A stretch of 64,000 bases of DNA, taken from the NCBI GenBank assembly GCA_965222375.1, contig CBDCTZ010000009.1:224001-288000 (forward strand), read 5' to 3'. The notes beneath the pieces were generated by a model. The model was not told the origin of the DNA, made no database searches, and saw only the letters and a list, made by a program, of their open reading frames with translations. Within the stretch, counting starts at the first letter, position 1. Each line of letters begins with the position of its first letter. Below are positions 38,868-48,903 of this stretch, piece by piece. The translations under genes and the position numbers were made by a program. The stretch is from Polyangiaceae bacterium. Lineage in GTDB: Bacteria > Myxococcota_A > Polyangia > Polyangiales > Polyangiaceae.

Positions 38868-41800
38868 TCAACTGCCTCGCCGGCCGCGCCGCCGGGCCAG
38901 TAATATTTCCGCTGCGGTCAGGGTCGGCCCGGAGCTTGGGCCGGAGCTGGCTGGGGACGTTCCAGACGTATTCGAGTGCGTGGGTGATCGGGCGAAGTGC
39001 GGCACACTAGGCGGAGGCGTATCTGTTTGGACTACGGGGCGCGGCGCTGCAGCCACGGGTGGCGGTCGCCCGGGTTGCGGTGCGGCGCGGCTCTTGACGT
39101 CCTTCAACGCATCCAGCGTCTGAGTGCTCTGTTGAGCAACGGCCGCAGTCCGGGCGGCGGCGCGGGCCTTGCGCTCCGCCTTGGCGTCGGCGCGAGCGCG
39201 CAGGCGGGCCTGAACGCGGGGAAATGCGTCCGGCAACGCCAAGCGCCGTGCCGCGACGCCGAATAGCAAGGTGAGGGCAGCCGCAAGCAGCAGGGGGAAG
39301 GTGAGCGAGAAGTAGGAGAAGCGCTTGACGTCGCGGTCGTTGAAGATCCCAGCCAGAGTATCCCGCGTCTTGCCGCCCGTGACTTCTGCCACGCGGGAGA
39401 GCAGTGCGCGATCCGAGCCCGTTGGACGCAGTTCTTCTCCAGCGGTCAGGACGGCTCCAGTGGTGGCGAGGGACTTGCCGTCGAGATCGTCTAGAGCTGT
39501 CGCCACATAGGCGCCTGGGCGGGAGAGGGGGATGGTGGCGGAGTAGGCTCCCGCGCCGGTCGCTTCGAGGGGGACGTCGCGTTTGAAGCCGTCCGGGCCG
39601 CCCACTCGGACGGAGAGTCGCCGGAAGGTCTCGGCTCGCCCGTCGTCGTCAACCACCGTTGCTCTAACGTGCAGTTCGCCTCCAGATGCGTCTGCCTGGA
39701 GGCGCACACGTGGGTCGTCGGCGCGTCGACTCACGTCTCGTGCCAGCTGCGCGAACATGCGGCCGGCGTTGGGCCACTTCGTCCACTCGACGCCCCAGCG
39801 ATCTTTGAAGTCACTCGTGAACGCCGCGCTCCGGCCGATGCCGACGGACCACGACGCAAGAACCGGATCCCCCTCGGGACCCGAAAGATGTACCTGGGCA
39901 CGCCCCTTCGGAATGGTGACCACATAGCCGAGCAGCGGCGGCGCCCCCTTGACGCTGATGCCTCGGAGTGCGGCTCCGGGTGTTCGCGGCGCGACTTTGA
40001 AGGGCTTTTCGTGGATGGCGCTGCGTGCCGCGAGGATGGTTTCCTGAGCGAATACGGCAGGCAGCCGTGACGCGTCCTCCACCAGATAGAACCGACCGTC
40101 GCCCAGCTGGCTCATCTTTTCCAGCGCCGGCACGTCCGAGCCGCGGCCGAGAGCCACCACGCTGGTGGTGATGCCGCGGCGTTTGGCGCTGGAGACCAAG
40201 GCGAAGGCGTTCGGGCGCTCTTCGGCGTCGGCGCCATCCGAGAACACCAGCAAGTGCTTGAGGTTGACCTTTTCTTTCTCCAGCGCGGCGTATGCCGTCT
40301 GCAGAGTGAGGTCGATGTAGATCCCGCCGCCACCTGGGCCCACGCTGCGGATCTGTTTGGCGATCTTCTTCTTGTCGGTTACGGGCCCGAGGGGCACGGT
40401 CCAAGTGACTGCAGTGTCCACGTGCATCACGCCGAGTCGATCGCCGGCGCCCAGTAGGTCCGCGGAGCGCGCGGCAGCTTCGTTCGCGAGCTCGAGCTTG
40501 GTCTGCTTGCCGGCGCGCATCCCCATGGAGCCCGAGTAGTCGATGGCGATGACCTCGGCGAGGCTAGCTCGTCGCCGCTCTTGCTTCAGATCGAAGGAGA
40601 CCGGGCTCACTTCTTCTACGGGAGTCTTGCCGTAGCCGCCGGGCCCCATGGACTTGTCTCCGCCCATCAAGATCATGCCACCGCCGAGATCCCGTACGTA
40701 GGTGGCGAGGGCGGCGAGTTGTGTGGGAGCCAAGTCCGCTGCGGGAATGTCGGATAGGACCACCAGATCGTAGGCGGCGAAGGCAGCCACGTCTTCGGGC
40801 GCGCCCGCGGCGCTCTTGACGTTGACCTGAAACGCCGCGTTTTGAAGGGCTTGGGCCAGAGCTGTCGCGACCTCTGGTTTGCCCTCCAGGATCAAAGCGG
40901 AGGCTTGGCCGCGCACCCGCAAAAAGGTGGAGCCGCGGTTGTCCTCGGGTGCCTCGTCGTGTTTCGGGTCGATGGCACTGATCTCCACGTCGTAGCGGTG
41001 TAGGCCCGGCCCCGGCGCGGTTTCACGCATGCGCAGCACGTCCTCGCCGGCGGCGACTTTGGCGTTTCCACGCTTGAGCAGCTTGCCGTCGCGGTAGATG
41101 CGAACCTCGATGGGCGCTTCGACCGTCGACGACGTGACGATGCGCAGCTCCATGGTTTCGCCCTCGCTGGCGCGGGAGGGCATGCGCACGGCCACGACCC
41201 GCACGTCCGTTAGCTTGGCCTGGTCGAGAGGCACGACGTCCACGGGGACGCCCGCGGCCACCGCCGCCGCCGCGGCCTGGAGTGCGTCTCCTCGGGTCGC
41301 GACCCCGTCCGACAGGAGAACGATTCGCGCAGCGGCGTCGGCAGGCACGTCCGCCAGGGCTCGGCGCAGGGCGGCGCCCACGTCTGTGCCGTCGCGCCCC
41401 AATTCGACCTTCTGGGGTGCCGGCAATCGGGTCTTGGGCCGTAGAGGATCTTCGATTGCAGCTTCCGCAGCGAAGGCGATGGTCCCGATGCGGTCGTCCT
41501 TGCGCATGGCGACTTCGGCCACTTGCAGCTCAGCGGCGATTCGCGCCTCGGCATCGGGGACCAAGTCGATGCTGCGACTGCGGTCGATGGCGATGAGCAC
41601 CGCCAAGCGGTCCAGTGGTTTGCCGATTTCCACGCCCACAGCGGCCAGGGCGGCTGCCAGGGCGCTGGTCGCAATGAGCAGTTCCGTCAAAAACCGCCTG
41701 AAGCGGCCCACCCGGTGGGACAAGCTCAGCAGGCGCCAGGCGACGTAGCAGACCGCGACCGCGCAGGGGATGGCCAGCAGCGGTCGCTCCAAGCGCACGT

Positions 41801-41993
41801 AGCGCTCTGGGATGAGCCCAGTCCAGGTCGCACCCACGTAGACCACCAGGGTGGTGGCCAGCAAGCTGGTGACCAACAGCACCGGCCGCTTGGCCATTCC
41901 ACGGCGGATGGCCGAGACGTGGCACGCGACAGCCAATGCCAATCCGGCGGCCGAGGCTACCCAAGGCAGGTATTTGGCGACCTCAGGCGTCAC
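38868..41993 (-). CDS. Membrane protein with two vWA domains and a glutamine-amidotransferase-like domain
   Basis: N-terminal TMs. MIDAS motifs IDRSRS/LLSDG and IDYSGS/VFSDG. YDLVVL...GGGMILMGG...GPGGY. C-terminal TM. Confidence 0.85.
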   Translation of the reverse strand: MTPEVAKYLPWVASAAGLALAVACHVSAIRRGMAKRPVLLVTSLLATTLVVYVGATWTGLIPERYVRLERPLLAIPCAVAVCYVAWRLLSLSHRVGRFRRFLTELLIATSALAAALAAVGVEIGKPLDRLAVLIAIDRSRSIDLVPDAEARIAAELQVAEVAMRKDDRIGTIAFAAEAAIEDPLRPKTRLPAPQKVELGRDGTDVGAALRRALADVPADAAARIVLLSDGVATRGDALQAAAAAVAAGVPVDVVPLDQAKLTDVRVVAVRMPSRASEGETMELRIVTSSTVEAPIEVRIYRDGKLLKRGNAKVAAGEDVLRMRETAPGPGLHRYDVEISAIDPKHDEAPEDNRGSTFLRVRGQASALILEGKPEVATALAQALQNAAFQVNVKSAAGAPEDVAAFAAYDLVVLSDIPAADLAPTQLAALATYVRDLGGGMILMGGDKSMGPGGYGKTPVEEVSPVSFDLKQERRRASLAEVIAIDYSGSMGMRAGKQTKLELANEAAARSADLLGAGDRLGVMHVDTAVTWTVPLGPVTDKKKIAKQIRSVGPGGGGIYIDLTLQTAYAALEKEKVNLKHLLVFSDGADAEERPNAFALVSSAKRRGITTSVVALGRGSDVPALEKMSQLGDGRFYLVEDASRLPAVFAQETILAARSAIHEKPFKVAPRTPGAALRGISVKGAPPLLGYVVTIPKGRAQVHLSGPEGDPVLASWSVGIGRSAAFTSDFKDRWGVEWTKWPNAGRMFAQLARDVSRRADDPRVRLQADASGGELHVRATVVDDDGRAETFRRLSVRVGGPDGFKRDVPLEATGAGAYSATIPLSRPGAYVATALDDLDGKSLATTGAVLTAGEELRPTGSDRALLSRVAEVTGGKTRDTLAGIFNDRDVKRFSYFSLTFPLLLAAALTLLFGVAARRLALPDAFPRVQARLRARADAKAERKARAAARTAAVAQQSTQTLDALKDVKSRAAPQPGRPPPVAAAPRPVVQTDTPPPSVPHFARSPTHSNTSGTSPASSGPSSGPTLTAAEILLARRRGRRGS

Positions 41994-43948
41994 GCGCCGG
42001 CTCCTTTGACCTGACGCTCAGGTCGTTTGGGCGCCGCGGCACCCTTCGGAGCCCGCACCCAGGGCTTGCGGGTCAGCCAAATCGCATCGAGGACGACGAA
42101 GCCGAGGGCGAGCAGGGCCAACAGCCAAGCCCAGTCCGTGAAGGCGTCCGCCACCTCTGTCGCCGAAGCCACGCTCACCTTCGAGCTACCCTGCTCGATG
42201 GGACGGTCGCGAATGTCGCTCTCGGCGTCGCTCGCCAAGTTGGCTGCGACCAGGACAGAACCGGGCCGCGTGCCTTCCCAGCTGACGAAGTAGAAGCCGG
42301 CGCGACGAGCCTCGGGCACCACTGCTAGGCCCAAGCGAGCGAGGACTTCCGATTCGCTGCCGTCTGGGTGAGCTACTTTGACCTTGTCGATGTCGGGGGG
42401 CACGCGCACCCGTAATGGCTGTCCGGTGCGGGCTGGCCCAGTGATGCCTCGGGCGCGATGGGTGCGCGCGAGTTCGACGATGTTGCGCACAAACAGCACA
42501 AAAGACGCCTTCAGGGGCCAGTTGGACTCGCCTACATCGAAGGCCAGGAGGGTTCCGGTTCGGCCAGGCAGGGAGATGTCGCTCACGATTGCGCCGTCGC
42601 GGGTGCGGACCAGTGCGTCGTTGGGCCCCTCGATCTCTATCTTGTGCGCCGTCGATACTTCGACCCCATCCAGGGTCAGAAATCTGAGGCGCGGGTCCGA
42701 TTGGGCCCAGGAAGTGATCGGAGGGGCCTTGAGAGGCTTCGTGATCGTCGCGGTGCGGCAGCGACCCGGCTTTGGGTTCAAGATCAACAGATCGCCGCCG
42801 GGCAGGGCGGGCGGGCAGGCGCCGTCCACGACAACCAGCGCGTCCGGAGGTACATCAGCTGCAGGAAGCTTGGCGATATCGGTGCCTGACAGTTCCACGT
42901 CCGGATCGGCCAGTAGCGCCCGGCGCAGCCAGGGGTTGCCGCTGCTCGGGGCCAGCACCACCGGCAGACGTCGACCGGCGGGCACCCGGGAATAGGCCAC
43001 GTCGTCGGCCGGGAGGGCGTCACGGGGGGAGATCTCGACGACGAGGCCCGCGTCTCTATCTTGAGGCGCGGGCTCGAAAGCCAGCACCACCGGCGCCCGC
43101 TTGCCCGGCGTCAGGGTCAGCTTTCTGGATGCCAGAGGCGTCTCCACGTTGCGGAGCCGCAGCGTGACGAAGACCTCCCGCGGCGATGCCCCATAGTGTG
43201 CGATGGAGGCAAAGGCCTGGACTTCGTCCTTGCGGGTGGTGGGGTTCTTGCCGTCGCGAACGTCCACCCGGACGATCCCGCTGTTGTCCCGTGGCTGCCC
43301 AACACGCACCAAATCCAGGGGCAAACTGACATTGGCCATGGCCGTTGGGTCCGCCAACGCGCCGTCCGTGATCACCACGAGGCGCTTGTCCCCAGGCAGC
43401 TGCCTGAGTCGATCCGTAGCGAGGGCGATCGCTCGTCCCAAGCGGCCCTCCACATCCCGCGCATCGATTTGATCCACCGCCGCCTTCAGCCGCCGCTTGT
43501 CGCGGTCCAGCGGTGACGCAATCCGTGCGTCGGCGCCCGACTCGATGATGAGGGCATCGGCGCCTGGCGACAGGGCCGCGATGACGTCGTGAGCCGCCTG
43601 CTTGGCGAAATCGATTCGTCGCTCCTTGCCTCCGGGAGCGCCCATCGAAGCACTCGCATCCACGACGATGGCGACATGGTCACCCACGATGGCCCCGCCA
43701 CGGCTGGCGGGCTGAGCGAAAGCCAGAGCCAAGAGAATCAGAGCCAGTGCCTGGAGGAAGAGCGGGACCTGGGGGATCAGCCGCTTGAAGGGGCTCTTCG
43801 CCATCAGATCTCGTTGGGCCTGGACCCACAGCCAGGTGGAGGAGACGAGTTTGCGCTCTCGGCGCACCTTGAGGATGTACAGAACGACGAGCGGCGCCAG
43901 CAGTCCGAGCAGGGCCAATCCCCAGGGTGACCTCAGCTCCACCGGCAT
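41990..43948 (-). CDS. BatA-type N-terminal + vWA domain membrane protein
   Basis: LLAPLVVLYILK...VSSTWLW...LQALALILLALAFAQP, VVDASASM, VITDG. C-terminal TM. Confidence 0.85.
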   Translation of the reverse strand: MPVELRSPWGLALLGLLAPLVVLYILKVRRERKLVSSTWLWVQAQRDLMAKSPFKRLIPQVPLFLQALALILLALAFAQPASRGGAIVGDHVAIVVDASASMGAPGGKERRIDFAKQAAHDVIAALSPGADALIIESGADARIASPLDRDKRRLKAAVDQIDARDVEGRLGRAIALATDRLRQLPGDKRLVVITDGALADPTAMANVSLPLDLVRVGQPRDNSGIVRVDVRDGKNPTTRKDEVQAFASIAHYGASPREVFVTLRLRNVETPLASRKLTLTPGKRAPVVLAFEPAPQDRDAGLVVEISPRDALPADDVAYSRVPAGRRLPVVLAPSSGNPWLRRALLADPDVELSGTDIAKLPAADVPPDALVVVDGACPPALPGGDLLILNPKPGRCRTATITKPLKAPPITSWAQSDPRLRFLTLDGVEVSTAHKIEIEGPNDALVRTRDGAIVSDISLPGRTGTLLAFDVGESNWPLKASFVLFVRNIVELARTHRARGITGPARTGQPLRVRVPPDIDKVKVAHPDGSESEVLARLGLAVVPEARRAGFYFVSWEGTRPGSVLVAANLASDAESDIRDRPIEQGSSKVSVASATEVADAFTDWAWLLALLALGFVVLDAIWLTRKPWVRAPKGAAAPKRPERQVKGAGA

Positions 43949-44554
43949 GGCCGTGGACTCTAGCCCGGATCAAGCCTGAGCGCAGGACCGCCTCGGCTGG
44001 GCCTCATTCCCCTTCCCAGGCGGGAGCCGTCGGCCGGCCTGCAAGCCAAAGTCGCTCGGGAAAGCCCCGCAAATTCAGGCAGATCCGGCGCAGCAGCGCT
44101 ATCGCTGGCGTGTCGATCGGGCGCCCGCGTCGGGGCCATGGGGTTGTCGCAGACGTCGTTGAAGGACGCGCAGCGATCGATCCCGACACGGCGACCATCA
44201 ACGGGACGTGTTTCGCTGACAACGACTCGCCCGCGACAGTGACCTGATGTGGACGATGGTGGCAGTTGTCGAGCAAGAGCTCATCGGAGCCTAACAATTG
44301 ACAACGTCGAAGGGTGACGCGCGTAGATCGAAACAGAGCGTTGACCCGATGTAGGCAAACGCAGTCCCGCGATTTGGATCACATGCTCGAGCGCCAAGCA
44401 CGACGTCGTCGATGCGAGTCTGCGGACGCGTTTGCCATCGGCGCTCGAGTGCTGGACACGCGTCGATGCGAAAACTCTTCCTTGACGAACGGGTAGACTT
44501 TGAAAGAAAATTCCTAAGCTAGCGGTTCAGTTGCCGCGACGAAGGGAAACACAC

Positions 44555-44812
44555 ATGGCAGTACGTAAGCGTAAGGCAAAGAAGAAGTCCTCAGCGGCGA
44601 AGGCCAAATCAGCGCAAAAGAAGGCGCGTCGTAAGAAGGCGAGTAAAAAGAAGGTAGCCAAAAAGAGGGCTGCACCGAGGAAGGCCAGCAAGAAGAGGGC
44701 GGGCAAGAAGAAAGCAGCCAAACGAGCTCCGGCACGCAAGGCGAGCAAGAAAGCACCCGCGCGGAAGGCAAGTCGCAAGAAGGCGAGTCGAAAAAAAGCG
44801 AGTCGCAAGTAG
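44555..44812 (+). CDS. Histone H1-like Lys/Arg/Ala-rich protein
   Basis: 85 aa made almost entirely of K/R/A/S (KKASRK, APARK repeats). GAAGGG RBS before ATG 44555. Confidence 0.8.
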   Translation: MAVRKRKAKKKSSAAKAKSAQKKARRKKASKKKVAKKRAAPRKASKKRAGKKKAAKRAPARKASKKAPARKASRKKASRKKASRK

Positions 44813-44975
44813 GCGGCCACTAGGCCGTCGCGCTCGCGAAGATTGCCGTCACGAGGGGTCGTCCTTTGCCGATACGCGAGCGCAACGTTTTGCATGGGGC
44901 GCGCCAGCCAGGCGCGCCCGGTGCAAACGCGTTTCGGAGCCCGGCTCTAGGGTAAGCATCTGAAACTATTATAGA

Positions 44976-45875
44976 TTAGTCCTGAGTCCGCGCTACGAAG
45001 CGCCGAACCACGCCCTCGAGGGGAGCGTCGGTCGTAGTGCGCACATAGGTCGCGCCATGTCGTTTCGAGAAGGCGCGCAGCTCTTCGATCAGCCCTGTCA
45101 CGCGCAGCACATAGGCATCGATCGCAGCAGCGTCGATCGTCACATCTACGGCCTGGCCCGTCTCCGAGTCGACCAATGCGAAATCTCCATCCAGCTCCGG
45201 CTCGAGTTCGCCGCGCATCAGTATCTGAATCAAGAAGAGATCGTGGCCAGCGGCTCGCGCCCGGCTCAGCGCGCTGAGCACGGGGCCCGCATCGAAGAAG
45301 TCGCTCAGAACCACGAGCATGCCTGGGCGAGGAGAGCGTTGGACGGCTTGGTCGACCGCCCGGGCTAGATCCACGGCCCCGGAAGCGTCTGCACTGGCCA
45401 GGTCTCGGAGCAACCCCGGCAGCCCCGCTCGACCGCGGCGTGGCGATGAAGTGCGTCGCAGTCCACTGCCGGCAGCCTCCGCCGCGCCCTGCGCTAGCAG
45501 CACCTGCGCGCGCTGTGAGCCCGCCAAAGCCATGTAGCCGACCGCTGCGGCGACTCGACGGGCGACGTCGATCTTCTTCGGATCGCCAAAGTCCAAGGAC
45601 GCGGAGGCATCGAGTAGCAGTCGCAGGACGACGTCTTCTTCCGAGCGGAACAGCTTCAGAACCGGTTCGCCGGTGCGAGCGTAGGCGAGCCAATCCACGC
45701 GCCTCAGATCGTCTCCGGGCACGTAGGCTCGATGCTCCTGGAATTCCGCCGAACCGCCACGACGCCGAGCCGTGTGCTCGCCGGCACCTCCAGAACGGGC
45801 CCGGATCTCCAGCCTTCGTCTCAAAGCCTCCAATTCGCGGGCGAAAGCCGGATCGAGCAGGGCTGGGTCGCTCAC
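44976..45875 (-). CDS. DUF58 (vWA-like) MoxR-associated protein
   Basis: GGSAEFQEHRAYVPGDDLRRVDW, LLDASASL, VLSDF. Confidence 0.9.
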   Translation of the reverse strand: MSDPALLDPAFARELEALRRRLEIRARSGGAGEHTARRRGGSAEFQEHRAYVPGDDLRRVDWLAYARTGEPVLKLFRSEEDVVLRLLLDASASLDFGDPKKIDVARRVAAAVGYMALAGSQRAQVLLAQGAAEAAGSGLRRTSSPRRGRAGLPGLLRDLASADASGAVDLARAVDQAVQRSPRPGMLVVLSDFFDAGPVLSALSRARAAGHDLFLIQILMRGELEPELDGDFALVDSETGQAVDVTIDAAAIDAYVLRVTGLIEELRAFSKRHGATYVRTTTDAPLEGVVRRFVARTQD

Positions 45876-47638
45876 CCGGAACCGTCCTCCTCAGGCGTCT
45901 GACCCGGCGCCGGCGACAGGGCAGGCGGGGCGGGCTCCGCGCCCGGCGCTTCCGGCGCTGGCGCGGGTTCCGGAGCAGGCTCAACTTCCGCCGGCGGATC
46001 GTCTTCTGCCGCCAAGGTGTCGTCTAGCTTTGCGGCGCGAGCCTCGTGCTCCCGAACGATCCGCCGAGCTCGACTGGTGGCAGCCGTCAACATCCCGGCT
46101 CCCAAGAATCCCCAGCCCGCGGCCGCAATAGCTCCCGCGATCAAGGACAGTTCCTGATCTGCGCCACCGATCTTCTCGAGCATCACGAACACATAGAGGG
46201 GGGATGGCGACGCCACGAGCAGCGCTTCGTCGCTCCCGTCGCTCAAAATCCCTGCGATTGCCATGGCAAGCCATGGCCCCGCTAGGGCCAAGAACAGCAT
46301 ACCAACCAACAGTACCCGTGGTACGGCACTCGAAAGCGACCGCGCCCGGGCCCAGGCTGCGAAGCCGAACACGAACAGGAGGAATCCGCAGGAGTAGGTG
46401 GCGAAAGAGATCAACCGCGTCATGTCGTCGGTCGTCCCGCCGCGCAGAGCGCCCAGCAGGACTCCGGCTCCCGCGGTGAGCGCCAGGCCGCCGAGGGTGA
46501 GCACGATCCCGGTGACGGTTGCTTTCGCCAGCCCAGGCCCAAGGAAGCGCCGAAAACGGCCGACGCCCATGCGATCCCAATGCACCTGCACCCGGCGGGA
46601 TGGGCCTAGGGGCTCACCGGCGAAGACAAAAGCCGCAAAAGTGCCGAACACCACCAATACGCAGAGCCCGACGATGGGGGCCTCCACACCTGGCACGGCG
46701 ACCGCGCTGATGATGCAGCCCACGACCAGCAGCAACGTACTGACCAGGAACCAACGCCGCAGGCCGCTGGAGCGGTCGTCGCTGACGCCGGCCATATTGG
46801 CCAGTGTGACCTCGTAGAAGAACCAACCCGGCACCGCCACGCATAGCAGCGGTCCCGCCACGAGGAAGGTGAAGTACTCGACCCCGAAGTCCGCACGAGC
46901 ATAGGCGGCAGGGAGCCAGACGGGAGGGCCTCGGGGAATGGTCGGCCACAGATCGTGAGCCGCGAAGGAGAGCCCCACACCGCCGAGCAGGTACACAGCG
47001 GTGCTCAGGGGAAACGCGATGAGCAGCGTGACGACGATGGCCACGGCGGCGCTGGCGAATTTGCTGCTGATGGACAGCCCGAAGGCGACGGACAGTACAG
47101 CGATCAAGAACAGCAGCACGAAGGCGGCAAACACGTCCACCGCTGTGACTCCGCCGAAAAGGAAGGGTAGGGCGCCCACCGGTGACAACATCACGATGTA
47201 GAGGGAGATGTAGGTGAGGGACGCCAGGAATTTCCCTCGTGCGATGGTCGGCGTGCCCAGTCCGGTGAGCAGCAGGGCCTCCCAGGTGCGGCCGGACCGC
47301 TCGCTGGAAATGGTGCTGGCAGCCACGGCCGGCGCGACCCAGGTCACCACCGCGAAGGCCAGCGAGAAAAACACGTGGTAGAGCGAAGCGCCGACTTTGG
47401 CAGGCTCCGTAGCCACGCTGGCGACCCCACCGACGGAGCACATCAGCAGCGCCATCACGCCGGTGATGACGGCGAGAATTACGGGTGTCCGGGTCAGGCG
47501 GGCGGCCTGGCGCAGCTCTCGCATCCACACCGGGTTGGGGTCGTTGCGCAGATGGCTGACTCGGGCCCGGGCCCGATCGATGCCTCGCGACGAGGGCGGC
47601 GGCGGCACCACCATGGGGCGACCGGTTTGCACGCTCAT
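45872..47638 (-). CDS. ABC-2-type permease-like membrane protein
   Basis: NPVWMRELR, APAVAASTISSERSGRTWEALLLT...IARGK. About 12 TM helices. Confidence 0.8.
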   Translation of the reverse strand: MSVQTGRPMVVPPPPSSRGIDRARARVSHLRNDPNPVWMRELRQAARLTRTPVILAVITGVMALLMCSVGGVASVATEPAKVGASLYHVFFSLAFAVVTWVAPAVAASTISSERSGRTWEALLLTGLGTPTIARGKFLASLTYISLYIVMLSPVGALPFLFGGVTAVDVFAAFVLLFLIAVLSVAFGLSISSKFASAAVAIVVTLLIAFPLSTAVYLLGGVGLSFAAHDLWPTIPRGPPVWLPAAYARADFGVEYFTFLVAGPLLCVAVPGWFFYEVTLANMAGVSDDRSSGLRRWFLVSTLLLVVGCIISAVAVPGVEAPIVGLCVLVVFGTFAAFVFAGEPLGPSRRVQVHWDRMGVGRFRRFLGPGLAKATVTGIVLTLGGLALTAGAGVLLGALRGGTTDDMTRLISFATYSCGFLLFVFGFAAWARARSLSSAVPRVLLVGMLFLALAGPWLAMAIAGILSDGSDEALLVASPSPLYVFVMLEKIGGADQELSLIAGAIAAAGWGFLGAGMLTAATSRARRIVREHEARAAKLDDTLAAEDDPPAEVEPAPEPAPAPEAPGAEPAPPALSPAPGQTPEEDGSG

Positions 47639-48903
47639 TGCAGATCCCCCCGGGTGACTTCGAGGAAGATGCGCTCCAGCTCGTTGCGCTCGGCCTCCAC
47701 GCCGACCACGCCGACGCCACTGGCGACCAGGTGCCGCACCACATCGGCGACAAAGCGATCGTCGCCGAAGTAGTAGATCATCAGCTGGCCGCCGGGGCCG
47801 GGCTCCACGCTGGTGATGCCCGTGCCGCCGGCGATCAAATGCACCACGGGTCGAGAGTCCCCCAAGACCCGCAGTTTCAAGCGCTTCCGTGCGGCTCCCG
47901 GAATGGCGGCGCCACCAGCGGTGATCTCGGGCACGGTGGTGGGTGGTGGCATCCCCGCCGCAGGCAGTACCGGTTGCATCGGCGCTTGCGGGACAGCTGG
48001 TTGCGCTGCCGTCGCTGCCCCGGCGGTGATGGGGGCGGCGGCCACTGCAGCCGCCGGTAGAGCGCCAGCGTCGGCCCCGGCCTCAGGCAGCCGCTCGGTG
48101 CTCGGTCCGAAATCTCCCGGCTGCGGCGCGCGCGCGGAAGGTGGTGGCGCGAAGTCTTGCTTCGGAGGTTCCGGCGCCACCTCTACATCCATGCCCACGG
48201 CGCTGGCGGCGCGCTGGGCTTCCAGGCGCTGGGCGATTTCCCCAATTGGGCCCGCCACGACCAAGCGGCCACGCTCCAGGATCCCCACTGACGTGCAGAC
48301 GTCGGATAGTTCCGTGAGGATGTGACTGGACAGGAAAATGGTCTTGCCCAGCTCGCGCAGTTCAAGCAGCAAGTCTCGGATCTCGATCCGCGCCCGGGGG
48401 TCAAGATCGCTGGCCGGCTCGTCGAGGATCAGGACCTTGGGATCGTGCAGCAGAATCCGCGCCAGCCCCAGGCGCTGTTTCATGCCCTTGCTCAGCGCGG
48501 CCACGAGGCGATCTTGAAGATTGCCCAGGTCAGTGAGCTCGATCACCGCGTCGACGACGTCGATGTTGGGCACCACGTAGGCGTCCGCGAAGAACTCCAG
48601 GTACTCGCGTACGGTGATGCGCTCGTATACGCCGGCGTGATCCGGCATGTAGCCGACCACCCGTCGCACCCGGTCCGGGTCGATGGCCACGTCGACGCCG
48701 TCGACCTCGACCCGGCCGGCCATTGGGTCGAGCAGGGTGGCCATGATTCGAATGGTGGTCGTCTTGCCGGCACCGTTCGGGCCGATGAAGCCGAAGATCT
48801 CGCCGTGGCCCACGTCGAAGCTGACGTCCCGCAATACGTCCATGTTGCCGTAGCGGTGCCAGAGGTGGCGTACCCGGATCGCGGGGGTCGGGGCGACGTT
48901 CAT
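47635..48903 (-). CDS. ABC transporter ATP-binding protein
   Basis: GPNGAGKTT, LSKGMKQR, ILDEP, SSH. Pro/Ala-rich insertion before C-terminal LERIFLEVT. Confidence 0.9.
   Translation of the reverse strand: MNVAPTPAIRVRHLWHRYGNMDVLRDVSFDVGHGEIFGFIGPNGAGKTTTIRIMATLLDPMAGRVEVDGVDVAIDPDRVRRVVGYMPDHAGVYERITVREYLEFFADAYVVPNIDVVDAVIELTDLGNLQDRLVAALSKGMKQRLGLARILLHDPKVLILDEPASDLDPRARIEIRDLLLELRELGKTIFLSSHILTELSDVCTSVGILERGRLVVAGPIGEIAQRLEAQRAASAVGMDVEVAPEPPKQDFAPPPSARAPQPGDFGPSTERLPEAGADAGALPAAAVAAAPITAGAATAAQPAVPQAPMQPVLPAAGMPPPTTVPEITAGGAAIPGAARKRLKLRVLGDSRPVVHLIAGGTGITSVEPGPGGQLMIYYFGDDRFVADVVRHLVASGVGVVGVEAERNELERIFLEVTRGDLQ

Noticed and set aside
44522..44538. GCGG(T)TTCAGTTGCCGCG shared with the nrdJ leader at 8880-8897
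   Set aside because: A ~13-bp exact match is expected by chance in 64 kb of GC-rich DNA, and the two copies lie in opposite orientation relative to their genes.
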